Assembly: GCF_902713615.1 (NCBI RefSeq)
Contig: NC_052149.1
Coordinates: forward strand, 67,445,443 to 67,509,442
Length of the DNA: 64,000 bases
DNA from: Scyliorhinus canicula
Taxonomy: Eukaryota
Direction: 5' to 3'
Below, in pieces: positions 12,898-25,705 of the stretch (position 1 is its first letter; each line of letters starts with the position of its first letter). The notes beneath the pieces are model-generated. The model was given only the letters and a program-made list of their open reading frames with translations, was not told the origin of the DNA and made no database searches. A program made the position numbers and the translations under genes.

Positions 12898-13836
12898 ACC
12901 AGACGTCTCTTTGTAACATTCTTTTTCTCGCTATCTTTCATGAAGGAACAGCCAGTTATTGTTATACAGTCCCATTGGTTCCAGAAACCCTATCGTGCAT
13001 CACTCAATGGATGATTCATCAAAGCCTCTGGATACTGAGCATCAACAGTGAAGGCTACGACAGCACAATGGTACCCTATTCACAACTGATATCCAAACAG
13101 GCAATTCCTAACAGGAGTCATTGGTGCTAGGGGCAGGGCCCCTATTGTTCTACAACAACCATATTGGTCTGATGAGTTGACCCACTTTCATTATTCTTCT
13201 CTTTCATCCTACCCCAACATTGTAAATACACAGGTCACAAAATGTTGATGAGGTGGTGTTTGGAGTTATCATCCAGTCGCCTGGATAAGGGGTAGACCCA
13301 ATATGGAAGAGAATCACCTATGATGCGCTCTATGAGCATGTTTCAGATCATTTAATTTATTTTAAGTTCCATTAATTTAATCTTTTGCACTACTTCACAA
13401 AGTCAAAAATCTATCCTCATTTTCTGTTGACTTATGGACCTATGAGGCCCCATGTTGGGGCTGTTTTGGATCACAGTTTTAATCAAATAGTCATCAGATA
13501 GTCATATCAAGACTTACTCTGGATCACAAAAAAAATGGAGGTATATAAGGGATATGCAGTAGCTCCTTGCAAACTAAAATTGCTAATTTTGGTTTGATGT
13601 ATTCCTAGAGATTTGATCACGTGGCACTTAATCACATTGTATTTTGCCCACTATTTGCAAATGTTACTTCATTGAGATTCTGAGTTATCACCAATCCTCA
13701 AATAAAATATTTACCTGTTTAAAAAAAGGGTAATTTATAAATGAACGTAAGTACACAAACAAATGTAAAGATTTCAGCATAGATGAAAGAAAAAAGTTGT
13801 TATGTTACCGCAGTATGAGCCACAATGAAAAATAAC

Positions 13837-14215
13837 TGGCGCGATTTTCCCACCGCATTGTGCCCAGCTCCAATCCCGTTAGCCAGGTGCATAGCGGGAG
13901 AGAAGAAAAATGGTTTTCACGCTGGGCGCCGAGCCGCGCACGATGCACCAGACCTGCCACGCCTGACACAATCTGGACCATCCCCTCACTGGGCGTGATC
14001 CAGATCATTGTCTTCAAATGAGTCATTAAGCTCATTTAAATATGCGCAGCTCATTTGAGACAGCAGTCTCCTGGCTCCCAGTATTCATCAACCCCACCTC
14101 GCAGCGGCGCAAATTAATACTAGTCTCCAGAAACGGATGCCAGACATGATGGTCATGCCCGGGGGTTCAGAGGCCCTTAGAACACCTGGGTGGTCGGGGA
14201 CAGAGCAAGGCAGCA
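13837..14215. mobile_element. Truncated Harbinger-type MITE
   Basis: Starts with TIR-like 'ggcgcgattttcc'; no matching second TIR found. Confidence 0.5.
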
Positions 14216-14285
14216 GTTTTATTTCCCCCAATGATTTTGGAAATAAGACAATAATTTTCAGGAACTTTATTAAGGCAAAATTTAT

Positions 14286-15000
14286 GGGCGCGATTCTCCG
14301 CCCCCTACGACGGGTCGGAGAATAGCGGGAGGGCCTTCCCGACATTTTTCCCGCCCTCCCGCTATTCTCCCCCCCCCCCCCCCCCGCCCAACTCCCGACA
14401 CGAATCGCTGCCGCCGTTTTTTTTACGGCCGGGCAGCGATTCACAGCTGATAGATGGGCCGAAGTCCCAGCCCTTTACGCTGTTTTTACGAACGACAAAC
14501 ACACCTGGTCTGGCCGTTCGTAAAAACGGCGGGAGCAACTCGCTTTTTATAACCATGGCACCGATTGGCACGGCAGTACCACGGCCGTGCCAAGGGTGCC
14601 ATGGGCCCGCGATCGGTGGGCACCGATCGCGGGCAGCGGGCCCGATTCCCGCGCACTATTTCTCCTTCCGCCGCCCCGCAGTATTCATTCGCGGGGCGGC
14701 TGAGGGGCATCCCAGCCCGCGCATGCGCGGGTTTCGCGCAAATACGCGATGACGTCATCCGCGCATGCGCGGTTTGGAGTCTTCCAATCCGCGCATGCGC
14801 AGCTGACGTCATATGACGCGTCAGCCGGCGCTAACTCCGGCAAGCGGGCTTAACGAAATTCGTTAAGCCCGTGATGCCGGAGCTTACGGCGTCGGGCTGC
14901 TAGCCCCGACCGGGGACCAGAATCGGTTCCCGGTCGGGAAGGGGCGCGTTGGGTTTGACGCCAGCCTTACGATTTCTCCCGTTTTGGGAGAATCGCGCCC
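14286..15000. mobile_element. Complete CpG-rich PIF/Harbinger-type MITE (715 bp)
   Basis: Perfect 14-bp TIR gggcgcgattctcc / ggagaatcgcgccc; 3-bp TSD TAT (14283-14285, 15001-15003). Confidence 0.92.
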
Positions 15001-15004
15001 TATA

Positions 15005-15410
15005 TTTTTTTCTAAAAAAATTTAGAGTATCCAATTATTTTCTTTCCAATTAAGGGTCAATTTAGCGTGGCTAATCCACTTAGCCTGCACATCTTTACAA
15101 AGATACTAATCTTTATTGCCACAAGTAGGCTTACATTAACACTGCAATGAAGTGACAGTGAAAAGCTCCTAGTCGGCACAATCCAGCGGCTATTCGGGTA
15201 CACAGAGGGAGAATTCAGAATGTCCAAATTACCTAACAGCTCACCTTTCGGGAGTTGTGGGAAGAAACCAGAGCACCCGGAGGAAACCCACACAGCAGAC
15301 ACGGGAGAACGTGCAAACTCTGCACAGACAGTGACCCAAGCCAGGAATCGAACCTGGGACCTCTGCGCCGTGAGGCAGCAGTGCTAACCACTGCGCCACC
15401 GTGTCGCCCC
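15005..15410 (-). mobile_element. Two SINE pieces: poly(A)-variant 3' fragment (15005-15097) and HE1-head SINE with alternative (ATT)n-type tail (15103-15410)
   Basis: Reverse complements of the variants seen at 7005-7232 and 55948-56252. Confidence 0.85.
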
Positions 15411-15558
15411 AAAATGTATAATTTTTTTCTAATGAGAATATTTGTGGGTGGGATATTCCATGCAGCCCATGACATGTTTTGCTGAGGTGGGCCGCTATTG
15501 GCCAGCGGTGGGATCTTCAGGTCCCGCCACTTTTAATGGGGTTTCCCATTGTATGAAC

Positions 15559-16071
15559 TGTGGTGATATGCATCACTGTAAATACACAAGAGGTTAATGT
15601 AGATACACTAGGCAGGGCACTGTAAATACACAAGGGCTTAATGTAAATACACTAGAACTAAATAAACACTAGAGGGAGTACCAGAGACATCATGATACAC
15701 AGACATTAAACCAATAGGCCAGTAAGATAGGACACAACCAATGGGTAATCAAGACATACCTAGAGGTGACACTACGACAAGAGGGCAACCCATATAAAAG
15801 GACAGGGCACACATGCTCTTTCTCTTTCCATAGGCGACACTCAGAGAGACAGGGGCAGATCAGGAAGCATCACACCCACCGCATGGATTAGAGCAGACTG
15901 GTTAGTTAGATTGAGTTACTGCAGTTAGATTAGCAGGAGAGTCGAACCCAAGTAGTAGAATTGTTAACTGTTCAATAAATGTGTTAAATCTGTCTCCAAG
16001 TCTGAACCTTCCTTTGTCAGAGTATACATCAAGGAAGCAGCTTATGCTACATGTAGAAGCATAACACAACA
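15559..16071 (+). mobile_element. Solo LTR (513 bp) inserted in a short MITE
   Basis: TG...CA ends, 5-bp TSD TGAAC (15554-15558, 16072-16076), TATA-like 'catataaaag', AATAAA near 15974. Confidence 0.9.
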
Positions 16072-16970
16072 TGAACCACCACCACTGAGAAACTCAAACA
16101 CATAGAGTTTCATCATTGCTGGGTCCGGCCAGAAAATTCTGGCCCATATGTGAGAGAGAATTGAGATAATGACTTTGAATTAATATTTGGAACTTTTGTT
16201 TCGATAATCTTAAAGTGAAGTTATCATGTGTTTTGTTGGAAGTTGGAAAAGGTAATTACTCAGTTCTTACACCTGTGAATCAGAGATCCTAATTGCTAAC
16301 ACTTTTGTCAAAGGCGGATAATTGCACCTTCATTTTATTTGACTTGAGGTTTTAAATGCAAGTCATTCATTTTGAAAGCCCCTTTGAAAGAACGAGATAG
16401 GAAGGAGGGAAAGGTAAGAAAGAAGAGATCAGGCTAAGGATGAGTGCACTACTGACTGCTTAAAATCAGCCATTTGACAAAGTGGCTAGGAGTAGCATGG
16501 AGAAGAAGAAAGTTAAAGGATAAAGTGAGTGATGGCAGTGCAAAGCTTGCGGGGAGTGGGGGGGGGGGGGTGGCTGGTGCTACAGTGATTAAGTAGGCAG
16601 TTCAGAATCGAAGGTCTGGAGGCAGTGATGTGAGACAGAAGGAGGATAGTGGATTAACTGAAGGGGAAACAATCATGGAATGTTTACCTGGTCTCTGGGT
16701 CTACATTTGCTTTTCTGGAGGTTCTGCTCCTTTATAAGGCTGCCTGGAGTCCAGAGTTATGGTGGGAGTCCAACAGAACTGCCAAGTCTTTGTAGCCTCA
16801 CTCTGTGTGGCTAAGCACAAGTAGAAACATGATTCTGCCTAATGGTCCATTCAGCCTGCTTTGCGATTTTGTTACTCATGGCAGAATAATTTAATTTGGA
16901 ATTCCAAAGATTACTCCATATTCATTACAGCCCTTAGTTCCCAAGTAGGTCAGGTCCTCCTCTTAAATAT

Positions 16971-17026
16971 GGGCTGAAATTCTCCGGCCGTTGGGCTTCT
17001 CTTTTCCTGTTGGCAGCACCGAAGCC

Positions 17027-17061
<35 letters not shown>

Positions 17062-17190
17062 CTTCTGCGGATATTCTGGGGGCTTGGGGTGGGAAATCTC
17101 ATTGACAAGCGGCGGGAAGAGAGTATCCCACCACCAGTGAAATGCGCACCTCCAAGACACACGTGGCTGGGAGACTGGAGAATCCTGCCC
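16971..17190. mobile_element. Short Harbinger-type MITE with poly-C run
   Basis: Imperfect TIRs gggctgaaattctcc / ggagaatcctgccc; no clear TSD. Confidence 0.7.
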
Positions 17191-17771
17191 GTGTAATTTA
17201 TTTTGCAACTATGATCTCTATGATCCTACATTCCGCATTATAAAAATTCTCTCGTTGCTTTCCTTATTCAATTTGTTCAAATTTTAAGATTACGTCCAAT
17301 TGTTGCAGGCTCACCTACTGGAGGGAAGGGGTTTGATCCCTATTTCACCTGACAATTCTCTTCATTAATTTAAGCCTCTCAATCAGATTATCCTTTAATT
17401 TCCGATCTAGAAAATAAAACAAAATTACCCAGTTTATCTTTATAGTCAAGCTTTTTCATCCCAAATTCCATGATACTGATTAATCACTTAACATCCTCTG
17501 CAAGGAAAAAAATAAAAGATTTTTCTTGGACATGCTCCTGGGTGCTCAATAGGTGAGCATGCCTGAGATGTACTGCATTTGCCAGAGAGGGAATGTCTTA
17601 GCCGTGGGTTAGAAAGCATTTCCAGGCCACCGGTTTGGTCCTTGGAATGAGATTGGGGAGCAAAAATAGGAGGATAGCTTTGGAGTGGCTGCTAGCTTCT
17701 GGACCTAAAGCTGTTTTTGGATGTGACTGTTCTTTGAAAATGTAGAGCTTCATTTCTTTTTTCATTTTCAG

Positions 17772-17804
17772 ACTGCTATATCATGTCCCCAGCTATTGTG
17801 ATTG
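17772..17804 (+). CDS. Candidate 33-nt micro-exon of an unidentified gene
   Basis: Strong acceptor 'catttctttttttcattttcag' and donor 'TTG|gtaaat' in non-repeat DNA; two open frames (DCYIMSPAIVI or LLYHVPSYCD). Confidence 0.3.
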
Positions 17805-18744
17805 GTAAATACTTACTGCTACTCCCATTCCAATAATTCAAGAATGTAGTTGATGATGTCACAGCTATATATTTGACCAATATTAACCACAATGATTTAT
17901 TATACCTCTCGTGGAGAGAATGGATATTTCAAACAATGCTTTAGGTAATAGCAAACACTTTAATTGAATTGTTCACTAATGGTATATGTTCAAGGTCATT
18001 TGGCTGCCGGTCCTTTTGTCATTTACTTGTATTGCACTTTTTTGTATTGCACAACCAACTTGAAAAAACAATCAATTGGGAAACTGATGCTATTCAGGCA
18101 ACTATACCTAATGTTGAATTAACCAATTACTACAGCAATGGTTTCACCAACAGGCCATTCGGTTGTTCAACTTCCAACAATTGACATTGCTTTGTCTGTT
18201 TGCCTTATAGCATGTTGGGTGTTTTGCACAATTATTTTCTCGCAGTTCAGCCGTTATGTTAATCAGCCTTTCAAGAATTTGTCTGAATGATTTGCTTTCA
18301 TAAAGCCACATAATGTTCCCTTTTCCTGCATTCTCACTCTGACAGTATTAATACTCACTACACCATCTGCTGCAAATCTGTGAAGCAGTTTATCGCGCTC
18401 TCTATCGCTTTCCTTTTACTAATCTAAACACTGTAATTGCTCAGTCTCATTTAATCACTACTCCTTAATTCATTCTTCTATTTCCCACTTCAGACCTTTA
18501 TCTACACTTCTCAGTGTTTGAAAAAATAGACTGTCCTCTAGCTGCATTTTATTTCATGCAGTTACATCTAACATTCCTTATATATTTGGCCTATTTCTTG
18601 TTTATAGTCATTTGGAGATGTTATGGATGGAGAGAAGTGATGTTTTTAAACCCCTTTTGGGTGTTGTGACTTTTAATAATAGACATAAAACAAGCATTCT
18701 GGTAAGTTTAAATCAGAAGTGCAGGTAAATGTTTATTCACACAG

Positions 18745-19056
18745 CCCTGGGAATGTAAATGCACAGTGGAGAAGTAGGCCACCTGTCCCATTGAGTCTGC
18801 ACAGATCCTTCGAAAGAGCACTCTTCCCAGGTCCACGTCCCCACCCTATCCCCATAACTCTGCACATTGATCATGGCCAATCTACCGAACCTGCAAATCT
18901 TTGGACTGTTGGCGGAAACTGGAGCAACCGGAAGAAACCCATGCAGACACTGGGAGAACATGCAAACTCCACACAGACAATCACAGACAACCACTCAAAC
19001 CAGAATTGAGCCCGCTGTGAGGCAGTAGTGCTAACCACTGTGCCTCTGTGCTGCCC
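18745..19056 (-). mobile_element. HE1 SINE, degenerate
   Basis: Reverse-complement similarity to HE1 copies. Confidence 0.8.
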
Positions 19057-19249
19057 CAAGAAAAGATAAGTTTACAGATGATATGTGCACTTAGGTTGTT
19101 AACATAGAAACAAGAAAACAAATCAAGTGTTTGAATTAAATTTTTCAGACAAACAAATTGTTGGCCTGAATGGGGTCCTTCAGGTGAATGGAGGTTGGAA
19201 ATCTTCGGGTTTTCACGTGGTTGAGGCTCTGAAGAAAAAGCAATTTGTT

Positions 19250-19560
19250 TTGTTTTTTCATGGGATGTGAATGTCACTGGCCAGGCCAGCATTTATTGTC
19301 CATTCCTAAATGCCTTTCTGAAGGTGATGATGAGCTGCCTTCTTGCACCACTACAGTCTACAATTCTACATGGTATAGGTATACCCCTATTAGGAAGAGA
19401 GTTTCAGGATTTTACAATGAAGAAATGGTGATATATCCCTTGTCAGGATAGTGTGCGACTTGGAGGAGAACCTACAGATGGTTGTGTTCCCATGCATCCA
19501 CTGCCCTGGTCCTTCAAGGTCATAGGATCACTGTTTTGGAAGGTGCTGTTGAAGGATATA
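19250..19560 (-). mobile_element. CR1-clade LINE (second family) 3' end
   Basis: 'ggccagcatttattgtccattcctaa' tail plus body shared with 57560-58110 and 59170-59530. Confidence 0.7.
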
Positions 19561-20036
19561 CTTTTGTTTTGCAGGTGTGAACAAATTAGCCCCTCTCTTA
19601 CTGTCTTGGCTAACTGGTCGTTAGGTAGGATTCTATCTTCTTGCTGGAGGTATGATCCCACTTGGTCCCTATTGGTTTTCAGCCAAACTGCCCCTGCCTG
19701 GTCCTCGGAATAATAAGATGCGTTACCTGAAGTCAGTATAGATCATATGACGATATGATCAATACTTATATTGTCCACACAAATGACTTGAAGTTAGAAG
19801 TCTGTGCTCCACAATCGTGATGAATGGTGACCATTATCAGCTGCTTGTGATAGACTGACTTCTTCAAGCCTTTGTTGAATTTTGAGTTTGCAGACATCGA
19901 AGGTGGAATTCTCCCATTTTGAGATTAAGTGCCGTGATGGGGGCAGGAGTGTGGAATGTTTCCTGCTGTGATGGCCAGTGGGCACACACGCCAAATCTTC
20001 CAGCCCTGAGCTAATTACTTATGCACCCTAACATTT

Positions 20037-20380
20037 CATAGAATTAGAATTTACAGTGCAGAAGGAGGCCATTCGGCCCATCGAGTCTGCACCGGCTCCT
20101 GGAAAGAGCACCCTACCCAAGGTTAACACCTCCACCCTATCCCCATAACCCAGAAACCCCACCCAACACTAAGGGCAATTTTGGACACTAAGGGCAATTT
20201 ATCATGTCCAATCCACCTAACCTGCACATCTTTGGACTGTGGGAGGAAACCGGAGCACCCGGAGGAAACCCACGCACACACGGGGAGGATGTGCAGACTC
20301 CGCACAGACAGTGACCCAAGCCGGAATCGAACCTGGGACCCTGGAGCTGTGAAGCGATTGTGCTATCCACAATGCTACGG
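20037..20380 (-). mobile_element. HE1 SINE (CR1 tail), young
   Basis: Near-identical to 12562-12897. Confidence 0.92.
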
Positions 20381-20613
20381 CATATTCAGTGACAGGGCAG
20401 GCCTGAACGGTGTACCGTTACCTTGTCCGGTTGCCATATTGAAAAAGTGCCCAACATCACTGACCCACCATTGACGGAAGAAGCTGGACCTCCTGAAAAT
20501 GAAGATAGATCTCTGGGACCACTGAGACTGGGAGGTGGACCTCCCGAGAACAAAGATTAATCTTGGGGAACATTGAGGTTGGAAGATGAACCCAGTCTAG
20601 GATATATAATCTG

Positions 20614-21297
20614 GGGCGGCATTCTCCCCTACCCGGCGTGACGGAGGGTCCCGGAGTAGGGGAGTGGCGCCAACCACTCAGAGGTCGGGCCTCCCGAAAG
20701 GTGGGGAATTCTCCCCACCTTTGGGGGCCGGCCCCGCGCCGTTGAGGTTGGCACCAGAAGACTGGCGCAAAAAACCGGCGCCCCCGGCAGCGGGGCTGGC
20801 TGAAAGGCTTTCGCCGGTCCGCGCATGCGCCGGCAGTGACATCAGCGGCAGCTGGCCGCTGACGTCACTGCCGGCGCATGCGCGATGTGGGGTTCTCTTC
20901 CGCTTCCGCCATGGCGGCCGCGGAAGGAGAAATAGTGCACCCAGGGCACTGGCCCAGAGTCTGAGCGGGGGGCCCCGATCGCGGGCCAGGCCATCGTGGG
21001 GGCACCCCCCGGGGTTCGATCGCCCCCCGCCCCCCCCCAGGACCCCGGGCCCGCTCGCGCCGCTGATCCCGCCGTTCCAGAGGTGGTTCAAACCTCGGCG
21101 GCGGGAGAGGCCTCCCAGCGGCGGGACTTCGGTCCATCCGGGCCGGAGAATCACCGCAGGGGCCTCTCCGATCGGAGTGGCGAGATTCCGCCGCCGCCAC
21201 TTCCCGGGTGGCGGAGAATCTCTGCCACGGCAGGGGCGGGATTTTAGGCGGCCCCAGGCGATTCTCCGACCCTGCTGGAGGTCGGAGAATTTCACCC
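20614..21297. mobile_element. Complete CpG-rich Harbinger-type MITE (684 bp)
   Basis: TIRs gggcggcattctcc / ggagaatttcaccc; 3-bp TSD CTG (20611-20613, 21298-21300). Confidence 0.9.
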
Positions 21298-22080
21298 CTG
21301 AATTGTGCACCTGCAGATGCATTCCTGCATGGTGTTCCAGGGTTACAGGTGGCCTCCATCCTGAACTCCAGAAGCAGTCCCAGGCATTGTTTAGGTGAAT
21401 CACGACATCTGCACGCCACATTGTCCCAAGCATATTTTTCCGCCAGTATCATGTTGAATCTGGCGTGGGAGGAGCCAGGGCTTCATCTGTACAATGTAGC
21501 ACCGAGGGCAGATCTGATCAGCCAGCAGCATTCTAAACACAAAGGGTTTTCACTCTGAGTGTACACCTGGCCTGTGATCACCAGAAACAAAACTCAAGTG
21601 CGTGTGCGCTACCCAATGTGCTTTCATGCCTTGTACATCCTCAGTAACTCAGTGTTCGCTCATCCTCGTCCTCGTAGCTGCAGGGTTGACTTCCTGGTGA
21701 CAGGGGATGCTACAGAAGACACCAGCGTGGAACCCGCAAAGTGATGCAGCGGAGTGGTATAATGCTACTCACACCTTAACAAGGACAACAATAGAGTAGA
21801 CTACAGCACAAAAAATAAGGTTCTACTGCTTGGATCGCTCAGGCGGAGCACTACGGTACTCTCCAGAGACATTGCCCTTGACTATTGTGGTCTGCATGAC
21901 TTCACTCAGCAAAGGAGGGGAAGAATTTGCAGAGGGGAGTTGGAGGATCCAGATAGCTGCTCTGACCAGGAGGAAGGGGTAGATGATGCTGATGAAAAGG
22001 GAGCGGATGTGCAGATGCAGCGGCAGATGCCGGGATGATGGTGAAATGTGACAGACAGGTTTGTGACCACCTCATTGTCA
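21298..22080 (+). pseudogene. Harbinger transposase pseudogene
   Basis: Translates to KGFHSLSVHLACDHQK..VRYPMCFHALYILSNS..DRSGGALRYSPE and an acidic tail; frameshifted. Confidence 0.8.
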
Positions 22081-22869
22081 GCAGATTCTAGACTGAGTGA
22101 GTCGCCACATCAACTGTACACCACTGTAGGCTATTAAATACTGATGGCTGGAAGCATGGGGTTCTCTCATGTATGTGGACATCTTTGTTTTATTCGCTTG
22201 TACTTGATTTAGTAGCTGTACTAAAGTTAACATGTTCACTTTAACACTGCTGGTATTAGTATCCTGTGCTAATCTGGAAAAAAACATATCCTACAGGAGC
22301 TAGATGTAGAGTGCCAGAAACCCCGAACACTACCTGCGTAATACTGTACATTCCTGCAACCTCTGGCACCTGGAAGGAAAATTGCTGCACCAGCATTTGC
22401 TGTGACACAAACAAGCCTAGTATGCATGCTATATTGGAAACCACATCCACTTGCAATATGGCAGGGAGTCAGACATGTCTCACTGATACATTCTCCAAAT
22501 AGGGGTAATGCCTTGTAAAGAACTCTTGTCATGTGGATACCAGCAAGACTTGCAATCACTCGGCTGCAGACGCTGCTCAGGCTGCAGACTCAGAGGGCTG
22601 ATAAATGATAACCTGCTGAGTTTCCAGATGTGTTCCAATCCCCCAACTTTAAAAATATGCACAATGTTTCATCCACATATGTCAGGATACTCAAGAGATA
22701 TCACTACTGACAATGTGACAAAATAAATGGTGTATGCATAGGCCCGTGTCATCCAAAACTGATCAGAAACAAATACACGCAACCATCACAGCAACATAAT
22801 GAAAATACAACATATATGAATAAAATGAAATTAATCAAATATTCACAAGTGTTTCATATATACAGTGAA

Positions 22870-23232
22870 TAGACATAGAACATAGAACAGTACAGCACAG
22901 AACAGGCCCTTCGGCCCTCGATGTTGTGCCGAGCAATGATCACCCTACTCAAACCCAAGTATCCACCCTATACCCGTAACCCAACACTCCCCCCACCCCC
23001 CACCCCACCCCCAAACCTTATTTTTAGGACACTACGGGCAATTTAGCATGGCCAATCCACCTAACCCGCACATCTTTGGACTGTGGGAGGAAACCGGAGC
23101 ACCCGGAGGAAACCCACGCACACACGAGGAGGACGTGCAGACTCCGCACAGACAGTGACCCAGCCGGGAACTGAACCTGGGACCCTGGAGCTGTGAAGCA
23201 TTTATGCTAACCACCATGCTACCGTGCTGCCC
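22870..23232 (-). mobile_element. HE1 SINE with (TGTTCTA)n CR1-type tail
   Basis: Tail 'gagggccgaagggcctgttctgtgctgtac' closely matches the CR1 3' end near 63027-63058. Confidence 0.92.
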
Positions 23233-23239
23233 CACTTAT

Positions 23240-24966
23240 GCCTTTATAACTTTTTAATCTTTCTTTTCCTACCATGATGCCTAGGTGTGGCACTGACACC
23301 TACAGCCAATGTGGAGGGAGCCTGCTGATATGCTTTACCTTGTTGATTGAGGTTAACTTGGTCATCATCCTCTGGTGGTCTGAAGTCTAGTGGACTCCGA
23401 CCTACTGAGGGTTCTATTATAGGAGCACCCTCCTCAGCTTGACCTGCTGGCTGTGATGGAGTCACTGGCAGAGGGGAGGTCGAGTGGTAGGGCACCTTTG
23501 GAATGAGATGAAGCCCACAGAATGCTTGGCTGTTGCGCCTCCTCTCTGTCAGTGCGCAAAGGCACCTCCTTGACTCCTTAAGAAGACGAGGCACCTGGAA
23601 GGAGGTTGGCATACCTCATTCGCTTTTTGCCTAGCCATTGCTGCAGTTACACCCATGACTAGTGCACTGGGGTGCAGGTCCAAGCACATATCTGGCAGCT
23701 ACTGTGTCTTCAGCTGGACCTGGCTCTCCCAAGTCGGTTGCCAACCTTTTCCCGGAGGAAGATAAATGCTCGCATGCTGGAGCCTCGACAGCAGTCACAG
23801 CATGGATGGTCTCCTCCGGCCTTGTGCACAGGTCTGCACTAAACCTTTGGCATCTCTGCCCAATGTTCCCCTGCATATCTTTGCAACTCCAGGTGTCTTC
23901 TAGCTGAATCCAATGGCTTATCATTTTCATGGGGTTAGCATGGGCCTGGTCTCCAACAATCCTCTGAGTGTCAGAGACCTCAGCTGATATTATCTTCCAA
24001 CAGCAACAGGCATGTGTCTGTCTTGTGCTTACCAGATTGTGACTCTGAGCCTAATCTAGAATGAGTATCCACCAAGGTGATTGCTCTGGTGGAGGGTAGA
24101 GGAATGTTGTGAACGGTGCTTCCACTGAGGGTTCTGAGTCACCATCATCAGAGCTGGTGCACATGGTGGAGATGGAGCTGGGGGAAGGTTTTCTCCTCTT
24201 CTTACTTTTTGACTTCCTGCAGTGGGGAACAGAAAGAATTAGCTGATGGTTATGCACAATTCCTTTTCTGAACAATGTTCCGGGTGTTACTCCTGTACGT
24301 CCATTTGTCAACACTAGACCGGAAGCATCCTTACTAAATTGAGGAACTCCAGTCTCTCCATTTGTGCTGGCTCAGCCTCCCTGCCAATTTCTGCAGCCTC
24401 CTCCTCCAAATGGGCCAAGATTTGTATGTCTGGGATACCTCCACCAGTCTTTCAGTGCTGCTGCATGTTCTGAATGTTTTGTTTCCCTGCAGACAGACAG
24501 AATGAGAGTGTCAACCTAATGGGTGCACAACCGCTTCATGAGAAGCATGGCTATGACAGTTTTTGAGCCCTCCCCAGTTTGACACCCACACTTGTGTTGC
24601 AGCTGATACAACATTCACAGCATGAAGTCGCTCTCATGCATTCAAACCACATGTTCCATCTGCTGCTGAGGGCTGCAACTCAAACTCCTGTCTGACATCC
24701 CTCTATACCCTCACATTTGCAATACTTAATGTCCTTGTCAGTGTCACTTTGCAGTGCCACTTAGCCTTATGCAACACAGCAGATCATTCATTGCCTTCCT
24801 GCACCAGTCCCAGATTCCACCCAGAATGCCTAGATAAGACTTGAGGGCCTCCTGCTGCCATCCCTGGGAAACAGGACCTCTTCCATTTCTCAGACTGCCT
24901 GGAGAAGAACCTGAAGCAAGTCATCTCTGAACCATGGGCCACCCGTTGTCTGCTTTGAGACATCAT
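23240..24966 (-). pseudogene. Harbinger Myb/SANT-domain partner gene remnant
   Basis: 24780-24966 gives frameshifted 'RVA...LFP.DG.RRPS...WCRKAMND', a Myb/SANT-like signature; downstream low-complexity Ser/Pro/acidic pieces. Confidence 0.6.
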
Positions 24967-25413
24967 TCTGGTAGCAGTGGTTGATTTTTTGCAAGGTTGA
25001 AAGTTCGAAAGATTCCAGCTGCAGCTGCAGTGTCAAAACCTCCAGTCATGGCCAGAATGATGCTGCTGGTTGGCAGGGAATGAATGCCTGTCCGGCTGTC
25101 CTTCAATTATGGTGCCTGGACCATCAACACTTATGGTAATGGCAAGGGCACTAGCCTCCTGCCCACTCCCGCTGCATGATTCACTGTGTTACTTGACCAT
25201 TCATTGCTAATTAGCATTCGCAGCTGGCCAGTCATCCCATCCCTGTGTGGAAGTACCGTTCACTTCCTAAACTCCCACTGACAACTTCACCACTACTGGA
25301 AGATTCCGCAGATCACCATTGATTCAAAAAGCATATTCACACGTTACCTTCTTAATGTCAGAAGTTAAGCCCATTCACTTGGAGTTGGGCCAGCATTCTT
25401 AATGAGGCCATTT

Positions 25414-25705
25414 GGGCAGCACGGTAGCACAAGTGTATAGCACTGTGGCTTCACAGCGCCAGGGTCCCAGGTTCAATTCCCCGCTGGGTCACTGTCTGAG
25501 CGGAGTCTGAACATTCTCCGTGTCTGCGTGGGTTTCCTCCGGGTGCTCCGGTTTCCTCCCACAGTCCAAAGACGTGCATGGATTGGCCATGATAAATTGC
25601 CCTCAGTGACCTAAAAGGTTAGGAGTGACATTGAGGGCTTAAGTGGGTCGGTGCAGACTCGATGGGCTGAATGGCCTCCTTCTGCACTGTATGTTTTATA
25701 TTCTA
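25414..25705 (+). mobile_element. HE1 SINE (CR1 tail)
   Basis: Head, V-domain core and tail present. Confidence 0.9.

Larger units (their letters stand above)
19901..25312. mobile_element. Decayed, roughly full-length two-gene PIF/Harbinger element with nested SINEs and a MITE
   Basis: Degenerate TIRs aggtggaattctcc ... ggaagattccgcag; transposase remnant on + and convergent Myb/SANT remnant on -. Confidence 0.7.

Noticed and set aside
13160-13200. Other CTGANGA occurrences as hammerhead cores (also near 8700, 34358, 38365)
   Set aside because: No GAAA/UH or flanking helices at compatible spacing
20629-21558. Overlapping 100-250 aa ORFs (also at 14486-14816, 26870-27697, 35983-37023)
   Set aside because: They coincide with GC-rich MITEs where stop codons are rare; no domain similarity
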